Shown here: piece after piece, positions 16,689-24,473 of the stretch
How the letters are laid out: each line of letters opens with the position of its first letter
Position numbering within the stretch: position 1 is the stretch's first letter
Source: a virus
Taxonomy: Duplodnaviria > Caudoviricetes
Reading direction: 5' to 3' (one strand)
Length of the DNA: 61,125 nt
Virus record (IMG/VR): IMGVR_UViG_3300032315_001187
Coordinates: 1-61,125 of that record
Position numbers and translations under genes: made by a program
Notes under the pieces: generated by a model
Seen by the model: only the letters and a program-made list of their open reading frames with translations
Told to the model about the DNA's origin: nothing
Database searches by the model: none

Positions 16689-17816
16689 ATGGCCTCCGCC
16701 CTCGCCTCCGCTCCCTCCGCCCTCTCCTCTGCTGATCGTGCCGCCTTTAGGGCCGCTGATGCCCCTGCTAAGGCCCACCTCGCCCGGTTCGGCCTGACGC
16801 TTGAGGGCCTGCTAACCGTGGGGGCCTCCAATGCGAAACTAGCCAAGGGGGCCGCTCAGGCCCGCGCCGTGATTCTGCACCACTTACCGGCCCGCTCCCT
16901 CTCCCAGGCGGTCTATGGTGCCGCCGCCGGCCCTACTGCCCCGCGCTCTCGCATTGATGGTTTGGAGGCCCTCGCCCTCCGGAATGAAATAGGCGGGCTA
17001 GTGGGCTCCCATGATGGGTGCCCGTGGAAGTCGGCAGGCTGTGAAAACGGCTGCCTCGCATGGGCTGGGCACGGTGGCATCAGTAGCACCGTGGCATCCT
17101 GCAGGGCCCGCCGGACCATGGCTTTCATCTACAACCCCGGCGGCTACGCTGTGGCTGTGCTGTGGGCGATTGCCCGCGAATACAAAAAGGCACAAGCCCA
17201 GAGCCTCCCTCTTGCGGTTCGCCTCCGGGGAACGGATGATCTCCCTTGGCACGAGCTCCGATTCACTCTCTACGCTGACGAGGCCCGCGCCATGGCCCAC
17301 CGTTACGGGCTGCCCGTGGTGCCGGGCCTGGGAACCACCATCCCCGAGGCCCTCGCTTTGGTGCCTGGTTTGGAACAATACGAATATTCCAAGGCTCCCC
17401 TAGAGGGCCCCTACGGTCTCAGAGCGCAACGGGCCGCCGGAGTTGATACCACCGCCTCCCTTGCTGCTGATCGCCCTCAAGGCCTCGCCCGTAGCCTTGA
17501 GGCCGTGGCTGCAGGGTTCCGCCTCGCCGTTCCCGCAGGGTTCCCCAAGGGTTCCGCCCTTCCCTCCGCTCTCCTTCTCCGGGCCGATAGCGTCTCGCCC
17601 GTGGTTCGCCTCGCCTGCCTTGATGGTGACGTGACGGATCACCGCTGGGCCGATCCCCAAGGGCCGCAGGGCCTGGTTTGGGATGGCGTGGCTGTGATCC
17701 TGCGGACTAAGCGCTCCGCTGGTGCTGGGGCCGCCTCCAAGGCTTTCAGCCTCTCGCCCGTGGTGGGAGAGTGGCAGGCCCTCGCTGGTGGTGGCCTCGC
17801 CCAGTGGGAGGCCTGA
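16689..17816 (+). CDS. Gp88-family phage protein
   Basis: NAKLAKG, CPWKSAGCENGCL..AG.G, VRLRGTDD, YEYSK, DGDVTDHR motifs. Confidence 0.7.
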   Translation: MASALASAPSALSSADRAAFRAADAPAKAHLARFGLTLEGLLTVGASNAKLAKGAAQARAVILHHLPARSLSQAVYGAAAGPTAPRSRIDGLEALALRNEIGGLVGSHDGCPWKSAGCENGCLAWAGHGGISSTVASCRARRTMAFIYNPGGYAVAVLWAIAREYKKAQAQSLPLAVRLRGTDDLPWHELRFTLYADEARAMAHRYGLPVVPGLGTTIPEALALVPGLEQYEYSKAPLEGPYGLRAQRAAGVDTTASLAADRPQGLARSLEAVAAGFRLAVPAGFPKGSALPSALLLRADSVSPVVRLACLDGDVTDHRWADPQGPQGLVWDGVAVILRTKRSAGAGAASKAFSLSPVVGEWQALAGGGLAQWEA

Positions 17817-17819
17817 GCA

Positions 17820-18059
17820 GTGGGGCCCTCTCGCTTCCATGGCACCCGCCGCATTGTTCGCCTCGCCCTTCTCCGCCCTCCCTCCCATGCTCCGCTGGTG
17901 GGGGCCGCCCGTTATAAGGTCTGGCCCTCCCGCCCCGTGGGCCATCGTGATTCTCGCTCCCTTCTCCTCCGCCTCCCTGGTGGCCGCCTTCTCCGCCTTC
18001 TCTATCGGACTGCCACAACCACGGCCCAGCAGATCCGCCGCCTGGGTCTGGTGGACTGA
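17820..18059 (+). CDS. Hypothetical basic protein (frame uncertain)
   Basis: GTG just after the upstream stop; an alternative frame is also open. Confidence 0.4.
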   Translation: MGPSRFHGTRRIVRLALLRPPSHAPLVGAARYKVWPSRPVGHRDSRSLLLRLPGGRLLRLLYRTATTTAQQIRRLGLVD

Positions 18060-18113
18060 TCGCCTCTCCCAGGGCCCCTCTCCCTCTCCCTCTCCCCTCC
18101 GCTCTCCCTCTCC

Positions 18114-18416
18114 ATGACCTCCCTCTCGGTTCCCTTCTCTCCCCTCGCCTCCCGTGGTTCCGCCCTGCGATCAGTGGGCCTGTCCCCTCACCTTCCGCCG
18201 CCCTCGCCCTACCGCCTACACTCCGCCGCCTCCGCCCATCGCCTCGCCTCTCCCGTGGCTGATCTGCTCGCCCAACGGTGGGCCTCCGTTGTGATCCGCC
18301 TGGGCCCCGATGCGTTCAACGACTGGGCAGATCGGGCCCTCCCTGAGCTGGTGGCCACTGGTGGGGCCTTCGCTACTCTCCGCTGGCTACTAGCAGAGGG
18401 GCCAGCCGATTATTAA
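18114..18416 (+). CDS. Hypothetical protein
   Basis: ccATG after a pyrimidine tract; ends just before the next promoter. Confidence 0.55.
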   Translation: MTSLSVPFSPLASRGSALRSVGLSPHLPPPSPYRLHSAASAHRLASPVADLLAQRWASVVIRLGPDAFNDWADRALPELVATGGAFATLRWLLAEGPADY

Positions 18417-18519
18417 GAAAAGTAACAATGGGGGCGGCTGGTGGTTGACCGCCTCGCCCTGGGGCCCATAATGGTTGCAAGCCCGGAGCGATCCGGGCCG
18501 CCCTCCGCTACTGTCTCCC

Positions 18520-18699
18520 GTGATTGCCTACAACACCCCGACCAAGACTTGGATTGTTACCGCCCCTAACGGCTTTGGCCTAATGGAGCAGATCGGGCAC
18601 GATCACCCCACCGAGAGGGCCGCTCTCGCCGCCCTCGCCCGCCTCCGCCGCCCTCAAGCTGGACGCATTGAGACCGTCACCCGCACTTACAGGGCCTGA
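18520..18699 (+). CDS. Hypothetical protein
   Basis: GTG 18520 after a TTGACC/CATAAT promoter and GCGA hairpin. Confidence 0.6.
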   Translation: MIAYNTPTKTWIVTAPNGFGLMEQIGHDHPTERAALAALARLRRPQAGRIETVTRTYRA

Positions 18700-18761
18700 T
18701 CGCCCAGGGCCCCCATCGGGGCCCTCTCCTTCTCCTTACAATCCCCTCCGCTCTGCTCTCC

Positions 18762-18929
18762 ATGCTCTCCCTCTTTATCCGCCGCCCTTGTTTCGTGGCT
18801 GGTGGCCTCGCTGCCGCCGCTCTCCTCTCCCTCGGTGCCGCCCTCCATGCTCAAGATCGGGCCCTTCTCAAGGCCTGCCTGGCAGGGCCGGAGCCCGCAG
18901 CCTGCCATCTCCGCCTCTATGGGCGGTGA
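18762..18929 (+). CDS. Small membrane/secreted protein (55 aa)
   Basis: MLSLFIRRPCFVAGGLAAAALLSLGAALHAQDRALLKACLAGPEPAACHLRLYGR. Confidence 0.55.
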   Translation: MLSLFIRRPCFVAGGLAAAALLSLGAALHAQDRALLKACLAGPEPAACHLRLYGR

Positions 18930-19044
18930 TGGCCCTAGGGCCCCCCATGGGCCCTCTCCTCTCCTCTGCAGTCACTAGGCCTTAGGGCCGCCCGCCAACA
19001 CCGTCACAGCTCCGCCTAGGGGCCGTAGGCTGTCTTCGTTATTC

Positions 19045-19073
19045 AAGGCCTCCCGTAGTGGGGGCCTTTCTTT
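19045..19073 (+). terminator. Intrinsic terminator
   Basis: AAGGCCTCCC/GGGGGCCTTT then CTTT. Confidence 0.7.
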
Positions 19074-19146
19074 ATGCTTGGCAAGGGGGATAATCTTTAA
19101 ACCCGACCCCTGCGGTAGGGAATAAATAGCGCCTAACAGTAGGCAT

Positions 19147-19173
19147 AAAGAAAGGGGCCCCGATTAGGGCCCC
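19147..19173 (-). terminator. Intrinsic terminator
   Basis: GGGGCCC/GGGCCCC stem with a U tract on the minus strand, after 19185..19325. Confidence 0.7.
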
Positions 19174-19184
19174 ATTGTTGTTAG

Positions 19185-19325
19185 TTACTCGTCGTCTAGT
19201 TTGGTTAATTTATTGAGTAGAATGTCGCATCGTTTGAGTGTGTCTTGAATGTCGCGGTTGAGTTCATCATCCCGCTGTTTCAATTCATCTAACATAGCGG
19301 CAAACGTGTCAGCTATAACGCCCAT
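19185..19325 (-). CDS. Small coiled-coil protein (46 aa)
   Basis: MGVIADTFAAMLDELKQRDDELNRD...; has its own terminator. Confidence 0.6.
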   Translation of the reverse strand: MGVIADTFAAMLDELKQRDDELNRDIQDTLKRCDILLNKLTKLDDE

Positions 19326-19684
19326 AGTGATTGTGGGGTAGTTTGAATAACGAACTGGTCGCCCAGTCCGCACCCCATTTTACACTAACTGCGCACAGTG
19401 TCAAGTTAACTTAACAACACTTAACATAAGATATCCTGATCGTTCCCATAAGCAATCCTTATCTGATCGTGATCCGTATCCGTATGGAGCAGTAACCCGG
19501 ATCCGTATCCGCATCCAGAGGGGCCTATCCCCCAAAAAATGCGACACCATTTTTCATCCGGTTTTTACCCTTTTTTCTCGCACGTCCGTATATTTACCAA
19601 CGTGTTCGTAATTGTCACCAATTGCGCGTAAAGCTAGTCGCGGCTGCGCGAACGGTCGAGCATGGACGATGGGAAGTGAGCGCA

Positions 19685-20200
19685 TTAAAACTCTAATGAT
19701 CTAACAATTGCTTCGCCCACTGCTTTTGTTACAAGCTTTAGTTCCTCGTGCGTGGCATTATTTTTAATTGTATTTGCTTTATAACTAATAATCCATACAT
19801 TGCCTTTAATGTAACCTTTCGTGGGATCTATGCGATCCAATGAGGGGCTGTTAGCAATCACGCCCTTTCCCTGCAAAGTTGACCACTCAAGAGGAATTCC
19901 CAATACTGGACAACGCGCGACTATAAGGGAGCGCACGTATTCCCCGTCAATATTAAATTCCAAGTGTTTTCTTTTTGCTCTATTTCTAGCGTCGCTTACC
20001 ATCGCACTCGTCTGAATTCTTACTGGATTTGCTTTGACGTATTTATTTTTTCTCTTGTGTTCACATTCTTTACAATAAGACCGAAGACCATCTTTCGCCC
20101 GTGAGCGCTTATAAAAAGCTGTCAATGGCAACTCTTCGCCACATTTTCGGCATCGCTTAGTCAGTACAACGTCTCTTAGAGAAGCAGTAATGTCAGGCAT
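19685..20200 (-). CDS. HNH-type endonuclease with N-terminal Zn finger
   Basis: CRKC...CKEC; CPVLG...SLDRID..KGY..GNV......N..K. Confidence 0.85.
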   Translation of the reverse strand: MPDITASLRDVVLTKRCRKCGEELPLTAFYKRSRAKDGLRSYCKECEHKRKNKYVKANPVRIQTSAMVSDARNRAKRKHLEFNIDGEYVRSLIVARCPVLGIPLEWSTLQGKGVIANSPSLDRIDPTKGYIKGNVWIISYKANTIKNNATHEELKLVTKAVGEAIVRSLEF

Positions 20201-20700
20201 GAACAGCTATAAGTTGCGCCAATCATATCAGGAATCCTGATAAATGGCAAATATCGAGATTCTCAATAATCGCCTGTTTTTCCCATTGCCTCTTGGGGCT
20301 CATCGAGCAGGTAGCTCCCCAAGAGCGTCATAGCTTGAGCCCTTTCTTCCTTCTTTTTTCTCTTTTTTCTTCCTGGCCGTGTGCGAGCACAGTTTCAGCG
20401 GCTTCAGGCTCTCGCGGGAATAATTGAAAAGGAGATGGAGGGGAGGGAGCCTAGTGATCGTAGTCGCTTGAGGCTCTTCTCGAAGGCTCCCTTGGCGGAG
20501 GTGCTAAAGGAAGAAGGAGAAGAGCCGCTGGGGAAGGATCGCCTTGGGGGCTCCCGCTCGTAGCGGCTCATGGAGCTAAACGTTACGAGCGTGTGCATCG
20601 CCTTTCCCTATCATAAAGTTTATTGCGAGGGAGTGTTTTACTCCCGACAGCGGAGAGGTGCTAGTATTTGCAGTGTTTCAACAATTTCAGGGAGTAGTTC

Positions 20701-21435
20701 ATGGGAAATTTGCCAGTCAGAAAGCCAGCGGAGGTACGGCAACCCGTACCAACTGGTTGGATTTATATTATCCAATGGGAAAACGATCCACACAGCGTCA
20801 AGATTGGCTTCTCCACTGACCTGCTTTCAAGGATGGCTTCGTTCCTGACGGCATGCCGCCATAGTCTTCTCATCTTGAAAGTCTTTAAGGGCCCCCAAGA
20901 GGAAGAACAAAGGCTTCACGAGCGCTTCGATAGCTGCAGGGGCGATGGGGAATGGTTTGATTTCACTCCTGGCCTGCAACGTTTCATCCGACAGGAAATG
21001 CCATGCCACACAAAAGAAGCTCGCACATTATTCGGGGGCAAGATGAGTGCTCGCGTGAAGTGGCAACCACTCACTAGCACCAAAAGGGAATTGTTGGAGG
21101 TGGCACAGAAGGCTTGCCGTGTGCCTAAGTTTGTCAATAACGCTAGGGACTATGTGCTTTGGACAATTGAGGATATTGACGGTCAAGGTTTCTTTTGCAC
21201 GTCAAACGGAATCATCCACCACCCATCGAACCAAGGATTGTATGAAGTGAAAACCATTTACAACTCATTGGCAAGTGTTGTTGCCGATGGTTTGGCCACT
21301 AAGAACTCAGCCAAGTGCTACAGGCTCACTGACGAGGGCATGGCCATGCTGCTTAAAGCCGAGCAGGATTACGAAGACCAACTTCCGGCTAGGAAAAGCG
21401 CACCATCTACTCGTCTTGGCAGGGGCATGTTGTGA
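20701..21435 (+). CDS. T5orf172/MUG113 (GIY-YIG-like) domain protein
   Basis: WIYII..VKIGFS...E..LH.RF...GEWF. Confidence 0.8.
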   Translation: MGNLPVRKPAEVRQPVPTGWIYIIQWENDPHSVKIGFSTDLLSRMASFLTACRHSLLILKVFKGPQEEEQRLHERFDSCRGDGEWFDFTPGLQRFIRQEMPCHTKEARTLFGGKMSARVKWQPLTSTKRELLEVAQKACRVPKFVNNARDYVLWTIEDIDGQGFFCTSNGIIHHPSNQGLYEVKTIYNSLASVVADGLATKNSAKCYRLTDEGMAMLLKAEQDYEDQLPARKSAPSTRLGRGML

Positions 21436-21479
21436 TGGGCCTCAGTAATGGTATGATTCCTGCGTTTCCCGACAAAACC

Positions 21480-21872
21480 ATGGACAAAACCTTCAGTCAA
21501 TTCAGCAAAGCCGTCAACAAGCACGTGCTGGGCAATCAAGACGAATTTGTGCGTCTCAAAGACAAGCTAGAGATGTGCGAGTATGCCACCAGTAAGGCAG
21601 GTGCAGCAGCCCTTGGCTACCTCATGGCAATGGAGGAAATGGAGGAGCTGAAAAGCGAGGCCGGAAATTCCGTCTACGACAAGGTGCTAGAAATCGTCGA
21701 TGGCCTCATCTCCGCCAATGGCCAACACTTTGCCGAAAGCGCTTGCGACGAAATCTTTACAATTATCTACGAATGGTTGGACAGGGTTCTCGCGGCCGAA
21801 GGTTACGGAAAAGGCAACTACATCAGGGAATTAATTGCATTAAATTTTAAGGAATACACTGTGCAAGAGTAG
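21480..21872 (+). CDS. Hypothetical protein
   Basis: accATG at 21480; helical. Confidence 0.7.
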   Translation: MDKTFSQFSKAVNKHVLGNQDEFVRLKDKLEMCEYATSKAGAAALGYLMAMEEMEELKSEAGNSVYDKVLEIVDGLISANGQHFAESACDEIFTIIYEWLDRVLAAEGYGKGNYIRELIALNFKEYTVQE

Positions 21873-22013
21873 TTATTGTTACAATTCTTTTCCCATCGCC
21901 TCTAGCGTGACCAACGTTAGGGGCTTTTCCATGGATGCCGTTTTATTGGCCAGGGAAATGCTAGGGTGATGCCGTTGATCGTTTGGGGGGCCTGGCGCCC
22001 CTTTTGTTGTCTC

Positions 22014-23453
22014 ATGAATCTCAAGGAAAGCGCAAAGTGCGACAAAGTGGCTCGCACTGGCAGAGTTGAAAGTTGGATGGAAGATCCCCAGGGGCGCCTG
22101 CCCGTTAGCTGTGCGGTGATCGTCGTAGAAGACTCCATGGAAGGGAAAGATGGCATTGAAGCATCGTGGCGCTTTGTCTCCCATGGTCTTCGCAACGGTG
22201 CTGGCGTAGCAGTGCATCTTTCCAAGCTGCGTCCCAAGGGCGAAGAAAATGGTAAGGGTCTTACAGCTTCTGGTCCATGCTCATTCGGAAAAATCTATTC
22301 CACCCTGAATGAAATTCTTCGCCGTGGGGGGAAATTTAAGAACGGGGCCGTGGTGCTCCATCTTGATTACGATCACCCCGATGCCATGGAATTTGTCTCC
22401 ATGGAACGCAAAGAGCTTCAATGGGCAAAGCGGGCAATTAATGTTGATGAACAATTCTTCGAGCGCACGTCTCCCGAATTTCGTGCCGCACTAATTAAGA
22501 GCATTGCCAATGGTGATGTGTGGCTGGTTAAGAAAAAATACAATGCCAAGGGCGAGCGCGTTTATTTTCAAGTGTGCCTTGAAGTGGCAATGCCTTCCCG
22601 TGGCACTTGTTTGCTTGAGCATGTCAACATGGGCGCGTGTTCTATCGAAGAAGTTGAGGAAGCGTTTGTTGAAGGGATGACTGAACTATGTGAGCTTCAT
22701 GCTCGCACGGGTGTGGGTGATACTGGTGAATACCTCAGCCACGATGAAGATAAGCAAGTCGGTCTTGGCATGCTTGGACTAGCCAATTTTCTTGCCATTC
22801 ATGAGGTTTCTTACGAAGATTTTGGCGAGGCTCTTGATGCGTTTTTAATAGACGATCCACATCCTTGGGCTCATTATTGGACGGATACCGTGGCCGGGGA
22901 AGCCGTCTACGCCTTGTACAACGGCATTAACAGTGCTGCTGGCATTGCTCGTAAGCATGGCATGGAACGTGCATTTGCCATTGCTCCCACTGCCTCATGC
23001 TCTTATCGCTATCTGGATGCTCGTGGTTTTACTACGGCTCCTGAAATTGCTCCTCCCATCGCCCGTCTTGTAGATCGCGATAGCGAAACAATGGGTGTGG
23101 AGAGGTTTGAATATGGTCCAGTGGAGATTGCCGAGGAAGTGGGCTGGGAAACGTTCCGTAAAGTGGCTGATGGCATTTGCCAGTTACTTGAACGCACTGG
23201 ATTGTTTCATGGTTATTCTGCAAATTGGTGGTCTGATTTAGTTACCTGTGATGAAACTTTTATCAGGCAATGGTTAGATAGTCCGCAAACTTCTATTTAT
23301 TATGCACTGCAAGTTCAAAGCGGCACCCAATCCAAGGACGATGTTGGAGTAGAATTAGGAGAGACTCTGACCAGCTTCTTTGGGCTGGAAGATAAAGATC
23401 AGGACCAGTCTGATCTTATTGATACAGGCTTTTGTGCGGCCTGCGCGGAGTAA
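22014..23453 (+). CDS. nrdA: Ribonucleotide reductase large subunit, cyanophage (Cyano SP) type
   Basis: RTGRV..W, RLPVSC, GAGVAVHLS, xVCLE, IAPTASCSY, YY dyad, C-terminal CAAC. Confidence 0.92.
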   Translation: MNLKESAKCDKVARTGRVESWMEDPQGRLPVSCAVIVVEDSMEGKDGIEASWRFVSHGLRNGAGVAVHLSKLRPKGEENGKGLTASGPCSFGKIYSTLNEILRRGGKFKNGAVVLHLDYDHPDAMEFVSMERKELQWAKRAINVDEQFFERTSPEFRAALIKSIANGDVWLVKKKYNAKGERVYFQVCLEVAMPSRGTCLLEHVNMGACSIEEVEEAFVEGMTELCELHARTGVGDTGEYLSHDEDKQVGLGMLGLANFLAIHEVSYEDFGEALDAFLIDDPHPWAHYWTDTVAGEAVYALYNGINSAAGIARKHGMERAFAIAPTASCSYRYLDARGFTTAPEIAPPIARLVDRDSETMGVERFEYGPVEIAEEVGWETFRKVADGICQLLERTGLFHGYSANWWSDLVTCDETFIRQWLDSPQTSIYYALQVQSGTQSKDDVGVELGETLTSFFGLEDKDQDQSDLIDTGFCAACAE

Positions 23454-23537
23454 CTTTGTTACCGCTTATTGTTTCTCATTGGGCCGTTATATCGGCCCTT
23501 TGTTTCTTGTCGTTTCTTTTTATTGCATTAACTCAAA

Positions 23538-24269
23538 ATGGCCGTCCTTGATTACTTTTCCGCTGTAGCCCGTAAGCGTCCCTGGCAAGCCGTGCCCGTG
23601 ACGAAGGGAGAGTTTGTGCCGGGTTCCGAAGAAACCATCTTTCGCGCCCTTGCTATCCGCCACCTAGAGCTTCCCGTGAAGGACATGCTGTTGGAGGGGC
23701 TTAAGAGCGACCTTCCCAACTCTCCTGGCCTTCTGGAGAGCATTGAAAGCAACTGGCAGGATGAAGAGCGTCATGACATGGCCTTGGGATATGTGGCGGC
23801 TGCACACGGGCTTGATGAGAAAGCGGAAGCAGAAGCAATGAAGATTCGCCAAGCATGGATTGACCACCCCGCTTTCCCCATTGCCAAAGTGGCCATCTTA
23901 GAACGCAGTATTTTCTTTACAATTCTTCCCTTTTTCCGTTTCAATGGTGACAAGGGCCTTCGCACTGTTGCTTCGGACGTGAGCAGAGATGAAATCTGTC
24001 ACGCATTTTGTAATACAAAAATTTGCGAGGAAATGGGAGAAAAATATGGTGAAAGCCTGAACAAACTGCGCAAGATGACCGCACTATGGATTTACGATGG
24101 GCTTGGCAAATCGTCTAACAAGTATTTGGACAAAGATTTTTGGCTGCGTCAAAGTGATAGCTTGTTTCTTAGTGGCAAAGCTCCCGAGCTAAATGCTACA
24201 ACGGCAAGCGTCATGCCAAGCTTCTTTGAGTGTAATTCGCTAAATCTGCCTGCTTACGGCCAAGCTTGA
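23538..24269 (+). CDS. nrdB: Ribonucleotide reductase small subunit (ferritin-like)
   Basis: LELPV, DEERH, LERS, DEICH metal ligands; directly follows the large subunit. Confidence 0.8.
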   Translation: MAVLDYFSAVARKRPWQAVPVTKGEFVPGSEETIFRALAIRHLELPVKDMLLEGLKSDLPNSPGLLESIESNWQDEERHDMALGYVAAAHGLDEKAEAEAMKIRQAWIDHPAFPIAKVAILERSIFFTILPFFRFNGDKGLRTVASDVSRDEICHAFCNTKICEEMGEKYGESLNKLRKMTALWIYDGLGKSSNKYLDKDFWLRQSDSLFLSGKAPELNATTASVMPSFFECNSLNLPAYGQA

Positions 24270-24284
24270 TGCTACACTGATCAA

Positions 24285-24473
24285 CGACGGAGGGCAGTCC
24301 CCTGCTTGCACGGCTGCTCCATCGCCCCCGCTCTGCGTGGTCTGGAAATTTCCGGGTGTAGCATCGGGCCAGAAGGGACGCCTTCTTACGGTATGGTCAG
24401 CCGCCATGGACCTTCGGGCCTCTGATGGGAAATGGACTCATCGCCCCTAAGCCTCTCAACGATGCTCAAACCT
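24285..24473 (+). ncRNA. Candidate structured RNA upstream of the tRNA
   Basis: TACACT -10 at 24273; several nested stems; no sizeable ORF. Confidence 0.45.

Larger units (their letters stand above)
16189..18805 (+). repeat. Cluster of 10 co-oriented GCTGGTGG (Chi) octamers
   Basis: At 16189, 16281, 16425, 16545, 16609, 17784, 17894, 18347, 18437, 18798. Confidence 0.85.

Noticed and set aside
16255-18985. Many overlapping alternative-frame and antisense ORFs in the GC-rich island
   Set aside because: Expected from stop-codon scarcity at high GC; the products are low-complexity Pro/Gly/Arg strings.
19185-19325. NblA phycobilisome degradation protein
   Set aside because: Similar size, but lacks the LSLEQ.F motif.
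22014-23453. Class II (B12) RNR nrdJ
   Set aside because: The YY dyad and an adjacent ferritin-like small subunit indicate class I.
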